Positions 1 through 10,900 of a DNA stretch of 64,000 bases are shown here, in pieces; position 1 is the first letter of the stretch; every line of letters starts with the position of its first letter. Source of the DNA: Selaginella moellendorffii (taxonomy: Eukaryota; Plantae; Lycopodiophyta); NCBI RefSeq assembly GCF_000143415.4, contig NW_003314269.1, forward strand, positions 1,158,623 to 1,222,622, read 5' to 3'. Under the pieces are notes generated by a model that saw nothing but the letters and a program-made list of their open reading frames with translations, did no database searches and had not been told where the DNA came from. Position numbers and translations under genes: made by a program.

Positions 1-311
1 TGCGTGATTGGACTCCGTCAAGATATGTTGTCCTCTGTCTCAGGAGACATTGCTCTGGAATGGTTCCATTACTGGATTAGGTCATAGAAAACCTGACTAG
101 CATCTCTTCTATATACTTAGCTTGGTGAAAATAGTGTGTTGAGAGTGATCATGCTCTATCCACAACCTCGCCTACAAATTCACACATGAACTGTACTAGA
201 GAGTCATGTCTTCCCGACCTGCTACTCCTCAAGGATAAGCCCACTCTTAGGACCTCCCGATGCTAACACTAGTGGTGATATACTTGAGCACTAATAAAAG
301 TCGAGCTAAGA

Positions 312-1229
312 TGTAATCACTTGAGTTTGGACTTTCTAAGAGGTCACCCAACCCAGTACTATTCAAACCCAAGGACACTTAACCCAAATATCCCAAGACT
401 CTTAATTGATTAGAAAAGGGGGTGCACTCTTATTCATAAACCCTTTCCCTCTATATTTGAACCCCATGGATTGTCTCTCAAGTCATTCTCTTTGGTTACT
501 TATAATCCACTACGCTTTCCTATAAATTCACGCCCTCGTGAATGGAAGAGAGTGACCCGAGGCGTGAATGGAAGCTAAGAGCCACAACTCTCCTAAGAGC
601 CCCACTCTCTTGACACCCTACCCCTCGAGCCCCGCTCTCTTGACACCCTACCCCTCAGGTCAAGCCCAGTCGGAGCATACTAGACCCTTCCCAGATGTCA
701 ATCAACATGTGATGTAACTCTCCTAAAAGCCCCACTCTCTTGACACCCTACCCCTCGAGCCCCGCTCTCTTGACACCCTACCCCTCAGGTCAAGCTCAGT
801 CGGAGCATACTAGACCCTTCCCAGATGTCAATCAACATGTGGTGTAACTCTCCTAAGAGCCCCACTCTTGATTGACATGTGGTGTAACTCTCCTAAGAGC
901 CCCACTCTCTTGACACCCTACCCCTCAGGTCAAGCCCAGTCGGAGCATACTAGACCCTTCCCAGATGTCAATCAACATGTGGTGTGATTCCCCTAGCCAA
1001 CCAATAGAGTTAGATTTGAGACCTCTGATACTAAATGTAAGCTCCTGAATTTAGACTTTCTAAGAGGTCACCCAACCCAGTACTATTCAAACCCAAGGAC
1101 ACTTAACCCTAGATATCTCAAGACCCTTAACCGATTGAAAAAGAGGGTGCACTTTTATTCATAAGCTCTTTCCCTTTATATTTGAACCTCATAGATCGTC
1201 TTTTAAGTCATTCTCTTTGGTTGCTTACA
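312..1229 (-). mobile_element. Cassandra-like TRIM (non-autonomous LTR retrotransposon with 5S rRNA-derived LTR domain)
   Basis: Two ~194-bp direct repeats (312-504, 1036-1229; the latter TGTAAGC...GCTTACA). iMet-type PBS remnant (ctctgatacta, 1023-1033) next to the 5' LTR and a purine-rich tract next to the 3' LTR. No ORF. Each LTR carries GTTAAG...AGTACT-GG-TGGGTGACC on the minus strand, matching the plant 5S rRNA A-box/C-box region. Confidence 0.85.
586..990. repeat. Tandem repeats (~130-bp unit with ~29-bp subrepeats) inside the TRIM internal domain
   Basis: aactctcctaagagccccactctcttgacaccctacccctc...cccagatgtcaatcaacatgtg occurs about three times, plus partial units. Confidence 0.9.
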
Positions 1230-1240
1230 TAAAGAATAGT

Positions 1241-2347
1241 TCCGATACCACATTGTAGGAGACTAAATTTTCCATTCTACTTTACTCCCTTAACCACACC
1301 TCACAACCTCCATAAGTCCTATTTTGGACTTGAGGCTTGCTAGCCCCAAGAATGGCATCCATGCCACTCATACTTTGCACCTGGTCCAAGTGCTCCACGT
1401 GTCCAATCCCCTGACTGACACCCAAAGGTACCATTGATGTATTAGCCCGTTACGCTAAAGCCATGCCCATTCACCTTTGTCACATTGGTGATCCAACACC
1501 ACCTACATCACAGTCCTGTCTCTCAAAGACTAGGCTATCCATCCACGAGTGGTCATCCTTTAAGCACGCTCTAGCACCTTTAAGATGCCTAGAGGCATGG
1601 GAAACACCCTTCCCCAATGTCCCTTCTTCCGTCCCTACCAAGTCCCTCTTCATCCACGGCCATGCTTGCCAACACCGCCACTGGGTTAAGGCTCAAAGGC
1701 CCGACCACTAAGTCCCACTATCTTCTAGGACTTCCTCACCATGTGACTGTATCCTTGGTCACTATATTAGAAGACTGTTCCTCTTCTTTCCTATAGTCTG
1801 AGGCTTTCGAACAACATTTCGAAACACCATGGCCCTATGTGAGCCTCATGGGTACTCTCCCCACCTTTTACCTTTGGGTGCTTTAGCCATGGGCTTAGAG
1901 TGAGGTTCCGTTAAGCCATGCCAGGTATCCAAATAAGTAATGCCACCCACACTTGAATTGGGAGCATCAACCATTCGATCTCCCAAGGGAGCTAGAGCCA
2001 GCTCTTGAACACTTCACCAAGCTACCTCACTTGTCTGTCTGTATTCACTAAGCCCATGAGGTTCCATTAAGCCACGCCAGGTATCCAAGTAAGTAGTGCC
2101 ACCCACACTTGAATTGGGAGCATCAACCATTTGATCTCTCGGGGGAGCTAGAGCCAGCTCTTGAACACTTTACCAAGCTACCTCACTTGTCTATCTGATT
2201 CACTCTAGTTTTGGACTCCTTAATGGTTTTATTATCACCCACCACGTGGGTATAGCTTCCCTTAATCACACTAGCCTTTCCTGGCCAAACTGGCTCCACT
2301 AGAGTCCTCCCCCTACTATTCTTTTGGAGCTCACCAAACCCCCTAGG
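1241..2347 (-). mobile_element. PBS and probable LTR of a second (host) LTR retrotransposon
   Basis: tccgatacca (reverse of TGGTATCGGA, iMet-like PBS) at 1241-1250 is followed by tgtagg. The region is non-coding and contains a ~156-bp tandem duplication (1901-2205). Confidence 0.5.
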
Positions 2348-2690
2348 TGTAAACTCCCGAGTTTAGACTTCCCGGGAGGTCATCCAGCCTAGTACTATTC
2401 AAACTCAAAGACGTATAACCCCAAGTATTCTAAAACCCTTAACCGATTGGAAAAGGGGGTGCACTCTTGTTCATGGGCCCTTTCCTTTTATATTTGAACC
2501 CCATGGATCGTCTCTTAAGTCATTTTCTTTGGTTGCTTATAATCCACCACGCTTCTCTGCAAGTTCACGCCCTTGTGAACAGAAGCTAAGAGCCACAGCT
2601 CTCTCGAGAGCCCCACTCTCTTGACACCTTACCCCTCGGGTCGAACCCAACGGGAGCAAATTGGACTAGCCAGACATCAATCAATGTTTT
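2348..2690 (-). mobile_element. Truncated third Cassandra-like copy (3' LTR 2348-2541 plus part of the internal domain)
   Basis: Same 194-bp LTR with the 5S-like core (gacttcccgggaggtcatccagcctagtact), followed by the same internal sequence as 505-680. Confidence 0.8.
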
Positions 2691-3933
2691 AACAATTTTG
2701 CAACGAATGATGAACGAAGTTCTTTGTGATATGTCGGAAGTCACTATTGACTTCATCAATGATGTCTTGATCCACTTAGAGGAGATATGAAAGGAACACA
2801 ATACTCCCCCTTATGTTGTAGAAGGATGGTTGGAATCAATTATAATTTCCTGTTTATTTAAGTTGGTGGTATTTGATTTGATAGGGCCTTTTCCATAGTC
2901 AACTATTGACAATGAGTATATATCATTATTTCTGCTGACTACTTGATTTTCTGGATGGAAGTCAATGCTCTTGCTAGTGTATTTGCAACTATTAAATACT
3001 TCCTTCTTAATTTAGTGGTGTTCCAACATTCTTGTCCCTAGCAAATTCTTTTGGATAATGGTCCTGCATTTATGGTTGAGGCTTTTCACGTTTTCATGTC
3101 TCGGTTTACTTTCACAAGTGTTTATCATCCATAATCAAATGGTTAGGTGAAACAATTTATTCAGACTTTTAAAGGGATGATCACAAAGTATGTAAACTTT
3201 CAACATTGGATTAAGATGGTTATTTGCCGTTTTATTAGTGTATATATATCACAGGGGTGTAGAGTTTTTATTGGTGTTTCACCATATAAACTCTTATATA
3301 CAAAGTTGAGTTTACCTTTGCAATTCTCATGAGTAAGTCTTAGGATTGGTATTTTATGAGCATTCTTCAACTTATCTAAGCAAAGTCTACCAAACATTTA
3401 GGTTGTGTAAAACTAGGATAACAATAGCATTATAACTCTCATCATCATTCACCTGTAGAGTATAAAATGGATGACGTAGTGTTAGTCCACTTTCCCAATT
3501 TTATGGTAGGTGGTTTGCATAAAGAGTTCCTTGCTCAGTGAAAGGGACTATATCAGGTGCTGCGACAAGTTGGACCACAAATTTATGAGGTTTAACATGA
3601 CATTCAATAAGTCAATCCTCCAAAAATTGTGCATATGCAACAACTAAAACACTTTATATAAAAGGACCAAGAACAATTGACACCACATACAAATACACTA
3701 ATTCCTCTAAATCCCAGCCCCTCCACTACAAAACCTTGATTTGTTTTCCATCATTCTAAGAGGAGGGCCAAGTGTATAATTACAATGCTATATATTAATA
3801 TTAGTATAGCAGGATTTTAATAGTCATCAAATTGGTTTTAATTTGAACCATTTACTCTTATATATAAGTTAAAGTTTTTGGGCCAATTGATATGCATATT
3901 TTTTTATTTCATTTTTATATTCCATGCACTCAC
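2690..3933 (+). mobile_element. Decayed Ty3/gypsy copy (RT and integrase fragments plus 3' LTR ~3761-3933), same family as 7968-12307
   Basis: 2690-2800 aligns to the RT region near 9790-9895 (reverse complement), 2820-3330 to the integrase region, and 3761-3933 to the LTR at 12132-12307. Many stops and C>T/G>A changes. Confidence 0.85.
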
Positions 3934-4128
3934 ATTTTTTAGATAAAAGTTTTATGCAATTTGTATTGCCAAATTATTTTATTCCTTTTTCTTATTTTAA
4001 AATAATCATCTTTCAATTATCTATCTTAAAAGAATTGCAATTGAAAATTAACTGCATTTCACTTAAATTCCTATAAGGATATTATAGGTGGAGATATAGT
4101 AAAATTCATTTTCATTAGATCTAACAAG

Positions 4129-5092
4129 ATGACTGAGCAGAAAATCAAATTGCTACCCACTCTTGTCATTATTAGGCTTCCATTCCAACATTTCCATCTA
4201 GATATTTGGATGATCAATCATGCTTACAAATATTTTTGCAGAATTGTCACCAAGAACTGCTTCCCCTGGGTGATGATGTCACAAATGGTCATCTTCATGA
4301 AGGTTACCCTAACATAGGGCTCACAATGGAATGGCGGCGCAGTGGAGCTTTTGAGGTAATTCGGGGGTGGTTGGGTGGTGAGGAACCTCAAGAGGTGGCA
4401 TAATATAGTCTAGGGCAACTAGATCTTTGTCTTTTTGCGCCGGATCATAACATTGGTATCAGAGGTGGAACATCTCTTTTTCAAAATCCTGCCTTGTTGT
4501 TTGGAACACAATGATAGCTGCTCACATCACAAAACAACGCTCTTCTCAAGGCAGTCACTTTATGAATCAATGCCAGAATGGAATCTCATTTCTTCTATAC
4601 AATTCTTACTGCACTTGCTTGTTCTGGGCATTTGGAGAATAGGTTTTCATTCAATGGAGGAACGTGATCTCATCACCTAGAACACAATGCTCGCTGCCTA
4701 TACACACAGTGACAATATGGACGAACTCACTGCTATCCCCCAGCAGATGCCAGAACTTGATATTGTCTCGTGGAACACAATTCTGTCAGCATATGCACGA
4801 TCTGGGGATTCTCACACCACAGAACAAATCTTCCATCGCATGACTGAAGCTGATCTTGTCTCCAGCACCACAATGCTTAAATTTTATGCAGAGAGGCGCG
4901 AGACAGATCAAGCGCAACAAGTCTCTGATGGATTGTCACACTGCAAGGACATCTCCTGGACAGTGATGATCGGAGCATATAGCGCTGCAAGGAGCTTAAC
5001 CGATGCTGTCATCTCTTTAACAAAACCAGCAGCAGTGAGGTGGGAAGCTATGCTATGGGTATATACCAAGGCCGGGTATATACCAAGGCCGA
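4129..5092 (+). pseudogene. PPR-A pseudogene, copy 1 (paralog of 16761-18452)
   Basis: Starts MTEQK and aligns to the intact gene, with deletions, stops, a ~163-bp insertion and 3' truncation. Confidence 0.9.
4302..4464 (+). mobile_element. Inserted LTR-end plus PBS fragment
   Basis: Interrupts catgaa|gcggaa of the PPR-A sequence and ends in taaca-t-TGGTATCAGAG (LTR terminus plus iMet PBS). Confidence 0.7.
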
Positions 5093-5122
5093 GCACGGAA
5101 TTTCGCATTTGTTGAAAATACA

Positions 5123-5196
5123 GGGGCGTTGTGAGAATCGGGCTCGCGACCTCTCGCACCCAAAACGAGAATCATACCCATTAAGGACTAACGCCC
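5123..5196 (-). pseudogene. tRNA-Pro(UGG) pseudogene, copy 1
   Basis: Minus strand GGGCGTT...ATGATTCTCGTTTTGGGTGCGAGAGGTCGCGAGCCCGATTCTCACAACGCCCC. T-loop TTCGA changed to CCCGA and D-arm disrupted. Confidence 0.85.
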
Positions 5197-5411
5197 CTTA
5201 GATATTTCAGTCATCGCTCCAGGCACGGCCCAGGACAAAATCAATCTGTGGATGTCACGGTTATAGAATCGCCAGCCAATATTGGTGAAGCAATGCACCA
5301 GGAATTTAAGAAGCGAAACCAATGTCGATCGGGAGGAATAACACGCTACTTTTAATTGTTCTCCATTTTGATGTACTCTAAAACTTTTAATCACAGGAGT
5401 GATTCTTACAG

Positions 5412-6086
5412 TCAATGGTGGACGCTCTCCACACGGATTGGAGAGAAGTAACTGTTGCACTTGTTCCCAGAGACATGGGAGAGGATCTCTTGAATCATGT
5501 TGTTTGTCTTGTTTGTGCAATCCTTGGCATGGATTTCCTTGGACATGTCCCGGCTCATGTTCGCGCTCCTCCCATCAAACATATACTTGAACAGCGTGGA
5601 CAAGCTTCCACCTTCCTTAATCTGGACTCCATACCAGATCTTGTCTCCAGCACATCTAGTCGAGTGGCACAAATCCTCGAGGCGCCTCATCATGTGGCAT
5701 CTCGTCCCGCCAATCACCACCAAGAGCTGGGCGTTCTTTGGGGCACAATCGTCACGGTCTCTGCTGCAGAGCTCTTGGGTGAGGAGGCTGTGAAGCTCTT
5801 GAGCTCTAGCACAGTGGAGGAAGTCCGGTGCCAGTAGCTTGGATGCCGATCGTGGCCAAAAGTCATGAAAATCACTGTGGGAAGTGATAACTAACCCATC
5901 AATCTTGTATACTACCTTGCTGCTCGGACTTTTCTTGGGGACCATGGGAGGCTCCTCCTGGAGCTCACGCCTTCTCTTTGGAGCACTAATCTTGGTATCA
6001 ACTTGTCCTTCCTTGTTTCGCTGCCTCTTCTTTCCCTTCTTCATCGCCGCCACAGCGCTAGCCTTCTTGTCCACGCTCTCGATCAC
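5412..6086 (-). CDS. Orphan ORF-X, copy 1 (hypothetical protein with basic NLS-like N-terminus)
   Basis: Intronless open frame conserved in four copies. The first ATG is ATA here, so the next ATG (MKKGKKRQR, ~6044) would be the start. Confidence 0.6.
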   Translation of the reverse strand: MIESVDKKASAVAAMKKGKKRQRNKEGQVDTKISAPKRRRELQEEPPMVPKKSPSSKVVYKIDGLVITSHSDFHDFWPRSASKLLAPDFLHCARAQELHSLLTQELCSRDRDDCAPKNAQLLVVIGGTRCHMMRRLEDLCHSTRCAGDKIWYGVQIKEGGSLSTLFKYMFDGRSANMSRDMSKEIHAKDCTNKTNNMIQEILSHVSGNKCNSYFSPIRVESVHH

Positions 6087-6230
6087 TGCTATTAAACCCT
6101 GATTGTGTGAATCCTAAAGGGCCCTTTTATATGGTAACATAAAATGCAATCAAATCAAAATCTAGTACGGACCGCGAATATTTTATTGATCGTTTATAAG
6201 ACATGGGTTCCGTTTAATATAAAGAATCAA

Positions 6231-7938
6231 ATGAGTCCTAGTTCTTCCACTTCCCGACCTCGATCTTTCCGTTCCAAGCTTGACCGCGCCCACTCCAGCG
6301 ATTGCGAGGTGAGGAGATTCCTTGCGTCGCTCAAGGAATGCTCGCGATCCCGGGATCTGGATTGGGGTAAGCAAATCCACGCCGAGGCGGAGTGCTGCGG
6401 CCTCGATTCCAATGCGTTCGTGGCGAGCAGCCTGGTGAATCTCTATGGCAAGTGCGGCTGCATGGACGAGGCGCGCAGGGCTTTCGACCGGATGAATTGC
6501 CCCGACCTCGTCGCGTGGAATTCTCTCATTCTGGGCTATGCCGTGAATGGGCATGGCGGGGTTGCGCTCCAGCTCTTCCTGGACATGGAATCGCGGGGCT
6601 TGAAAGGGAATTCTGTCACGTTTATTGGATTGCTCAAGGCCTGCGCGAGCCTCGCAGAGAAGGAGAATGGGAAGGTTTTAGAAGATCTAGAGCTCGTCGT
6701 GAAGTTTTCTTCTCTTGAGAGAGGAATGGCTCTTCACTCCCTTGCCACTGCAAGGGGAATCGACACAAACGCTTTGGTAGCTAGCAGCCTGGTGGAAATG
6801 TATGCTCGGTGTGGAAGCGTGGTGGATGCGTGGAAGGTTTTTCATGGAGCTCCAAAGCGTGACGTAGTTCTATGGACTTCTTTGATGCAGGGTTTTGTAG
6901 AGAATGGGCAGAGCGAGGTGGTGCTTGAGCTCTTCGTGGAAATGCAACGAGAAAGCAGTGGAGCAAATGCCAGAACCTTTGTTGCGGTGTTCCAGGCCAT
7001 CACTTCTTTAGCAAAGAGGGAACGAGGAGAAGAAACTATCCATGGAAGGATACTCAAGCTGGAGTCTCTGGAAAGAGGTATGGCTTTTCACGCGCAAGCC
7101 TTGCGAATTGCTAACCATCGCTTGGATATCTTTCTTCACAGCTGCTTGATCCAAATGTACGCGGCTTGTGGCAGCATGGGCGATGCTCTTGGAGTGTTTA
7201 GCACCATTTTCCAGCCAAATCAAGTCTGCTGGACGGCATTGATGCTCGGGTACGTTGAAAACAGCCAGGCCGAAACAGCGCTACATTTTTTCTTGCTAAT
7301 GCAGCTCGAGGGATGTTCTCCAGACGTGTGGACGCTCGTTTGCGTGCTCAAAGCTTGTGGAAGCTCAGTAGCCATGAGGCTTGGCCGGATACTTCACGAA
7401 GAGATCACGAGCTTGGGGTTCCAGTTCCAGGGAGCCGTGATCTCTTCGTTGGTAGATTTCTACAGCAGATGTGGGAGCATGGATGAAGCGGAGCTGGTTT
7501 TCAACTCGGTCTCGAGGAAGGATGCTGTGACTTGGAGCTCACTTATCGCGGGCTACAGCCGCCAGGGAGACAACGATCAAGTGATCCAGCTCTTTGAGAA
7601 GATGTGTGACGAGGGTGTCAAGCCGGACGGTGTAACTTATGTCTCGGTGCTCACGACTTGCAGCCGGGCTGGGATGATCGAGCAAGAAATTTTTCCAGGA
7701 GATGACGTCTAGGTGTGGATTAGATCCAGGCATTGAGCACTACCACTGCATGATCGACATGCTCGGACGAGCAAAGCAGCTCGAGGAAGCTCTGGAGATG
7801 GTGGAAGCTATGCCGTTCGAAGCCACAATGGTCACTTGGACGAGTTTGCTGGCTGCTTGCTCGAAGTGGAAGAATGGGAGAGTGGAGAAGATTGCTTGTG
7901 ACAACATCGTCTCTCTCCTGCGGAAGATTTCTCCATAG
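6231..7938 (+). pseudogene. PPR-B (PLS/E-class PPR), copy 1, frameshifted
   Basis: PPR motifs (SLVNLYGKCG, WNSLILGY, EHYHCMIDMLGRA). A 5-bp gcaag deletion near 7685 relative to copy 2 shifts the frame before the last motifs. Confidence 0.9.
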
Positions 7939-7967
7939 CTCATTACACGGGCTTTTGAAAAGAGATC

Positions 7968-10900
7968 GCAAAGGTAAACCCAGCTCCGTTAGTAATATTG
8001 GATCATGACCATATAGGAGTTTATATGGTGAAGCACCAACAGAACTCTACACCCTTGTGAGATAAGCATACCGAAGAGACGGCAAATAACTATCCCAACC
8101 CGAATGCTGAAAGTTCATATACTTCGCAATCATCCCTTTGAATGTTCGAACAAACCGTTCCACCAGACTGTCTGATTGTGGATGATAAGCACTCGTGAAA
8201 GTGTGGTATATCCCCAACTGAGACGTTAAAATATGAAATACCTCAGCTATAAATGCAGGATCATTATCCGAAAGAATCCGTTCTGGACAAGAATGTTGGA
8301 ACACCACTCAATTGAGGAGGAAGTATCCAACAGCAGTTGCAGAGGCGCTAGCAAGAGCACCAACTTCCACCCAATGAGTCAAGTAGTCAAAAGCAATAAT
8401 AATATACTCATTGCCAGTAGTCGACCATGGAAAAGGTCCTATAAGATCAAATGCCACCAACTCAAACGGACGGGAAACTACAATTGACTCCAATCGTCCT
8501 TCTGCAGCACAAAGGGGAGTATTATGAGCTTGGCACCAAACGCAACTACGCACATACCAGATAACATCACGTTGCATCTCCGGCCAATAGAAAGACCTGC
8601 GCAGCTTCTCGGTCACCCGACGATGTCCCATATGCCCACCTAGAACAGGAGAATTATGGTAGGCATGGAGAAACCACGGAATAAAGACAGAAGGCACCAC
8701 CAGCCGTAAATGATCATCAGGATCTGTCCCCACAAAATAAAGAAGACCATCTTTAAGGCGATATTGAGAATGTAAATGCCGAAAAGCCAAGTCATCAGCA
8801 AGTGATGTAGGATTCTCAAATGCATCTCGAAGCCTTCGAATCCACAGCTCAATCTTTTGACCCTCGCGAACCTCATCAAGAGAAGGTAGATCTTGTTCTG
8901 TGCCTTGAGGACACTGAACGTCAAGTACAACAACCGCTGATGGCACAGAATCCTCGTCTAGAAAATCCACAGATGCTGGAATAACAGACTCATCAGAAAT
9001 ATGAAAAGAGAGTGGAAGAGGAAGAGGAGCTCGAGAAAGGGCATCAGCATCAGCCATAAAACTCCTTGGGCGATGAACAACATCAAAATCATATATCTGA
9101 AGCTTCAAAGCCCACCAAACAGTACAACCAACTAGGTTCTTCCGCTTCAATAATGAAGTAACGGCAGCATGGTCACCTTCAAGTAACGTCCGAGAACCAT
9201 GTAGATATGTATGAAGTTTCTCGAAACCCCAAACTACCGCTAAACACTCCTTCTCTGTCGTGGAGTAGTTCACCTTTGCTAGTTGTAACGTACAACTTAT
9301 ATATGCAATGGGATGATGCTGACCAAGCACACTCAGGCTTTCTTGCATTAATACACCTCCAAGACCAATATCAGAAGCATCGACGCACAAAATAAAAAGT
9401 TGAGTGTAGTCAGGATATGCCAAAACCGGAGGAGTCGTTAAAAGCTTTTTGAGATCCACAAACGCCCGCTCACAATCTAAAGACCAGATGAAAGATGATG
9501 TTGACGACTTCAGCAATGCTCGCAACGGTGCAGTGCGATCAGAAAGATGATCTATAAAACGACCGAGATACTGCACCTTGCCTAGGAAGCGCTGCACATC
9601 ATTCACACACTTCGGAGTAGGGAACTTTAGAACAGCTACAAGTTTGTTAGGATCAACTTGTAAACCTTCACGAAAAATACAGTACCCAAGATAAGTTGTG
9701 TCTTTGGAGCCAAACACGCACTTCGACCGCTTCAGCTTTAAACCAACATTGCGTAGCCGATCCAACACTTTACACACATCATGAATGTGCTCCTCCCATG
9801 TCCCCTTCGAGTGAATCAAAACATCATCAATGAAGTCAGCAGTCACCTCTGGCATATCACAAAGAACCTCGTCCATCATCCGCTGGAAAGTCGCTGGAGC
9901 ATTATTCAAACCAAACAGCATCACCAAGAACTCGTACAAACCAAACGGTGTACGAAAAGCAGTCTTAGGAATATCTTCTTCGGCCATCGGTATTTGCCAG
10001 TACCCAGAAGCAAGATCTAACTTGGTGAACTAACGACTTCGCCCCAGATGATCCAAGAGATCAGCAGTGTGAGGAAGAGGGTACACATCCGGGATCGTCA
10101 CTTCATTTAACGGACGATAGTCGATGCAAAAACGAATACTCCCATTAGGCTTCGTCACCAGATGAGGTTCACATGCCCAAGGACTTCGCGACTTCCGAAT
10201 AACACCCTTCTCCAACATCTCCTTGACGTTTGCACGTAAAATCTTGATCTCCTTGGGTGACCGACGATGAACAGGAACCTTGATTGAACGAGCATCCCCA
10301 GTTGGAATGGGATGACGTGTGGCAATCTTGGCCCCAGACGATAGGTCAAATTCAAAGATATCAGAATACTCCTTCATCAGTCGGTCAACAGCTTCAACAC
10401 AAAGATCGTCAGAGGGATCGGAAAAGGGAAGAGCAGAACAAGATAGAAACACAGGAGGAAATAGTGGGGGAACAAAAGTAATGGAAGCAGAGGTAAAAGT
10501 AAAGGGACGAAAAGGTACAGAAGTGAGAGGAATGGATGAAACATAAGGAAGTATGAGACAAGGGGGAGAAGCCTCAAAGTCACACTTGGCATGATTGCGC
10601 TGCAACAAATCCATACCAAGAATGAGGTCAAAAGCTTGACTCGGCATCACCCGCAACGACTGCAGCTCAAGCTCAAGATCGTCCACACACACAATCAAGT
10701 CTGCCTCATCTCGTGCACATGCATGTGTACAGCCGTTGCCATAAAAAGAATGAAAACTGGGTCCGCCGCACAACGCAAGTGTAGATGACAACGTGTGGCA
10801 ACAGGTCGAGCAATAAAAGATAAACTCAAACCTGTATCAACCAACACGGAGAGAATAATAGGAGACCTCTTGTTATAAAAACGAGCTTGGAAAGTAAATA

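Noticed and set aside
330-385. Functional 5S rRNA gene
   Set aside because: Only the internal ~55 nt are present, diverged and embedded in LTRs.
586-990. Repeat array as a CRISPR-like locus
   Set aside because: There are no unique spacers; the units are contiguous tandem repeats inside a TRIM in eukaryotic DNA.
5415-5837. Antisense 140-aa and 98-aa ORFs over ORF-X, present in all copies
   Set aside because: Persistence is explained by the near-identity of the copies; no promoter or recognisable features.
6144-6230. MQSNQN N-terminal extension of PPR-B
   Set aside because: It overlaps the AT-rich divergent promoter and has indels in copies 3 and 4 (frame-breaking in copy 4); MSPSSS is the likelier start.
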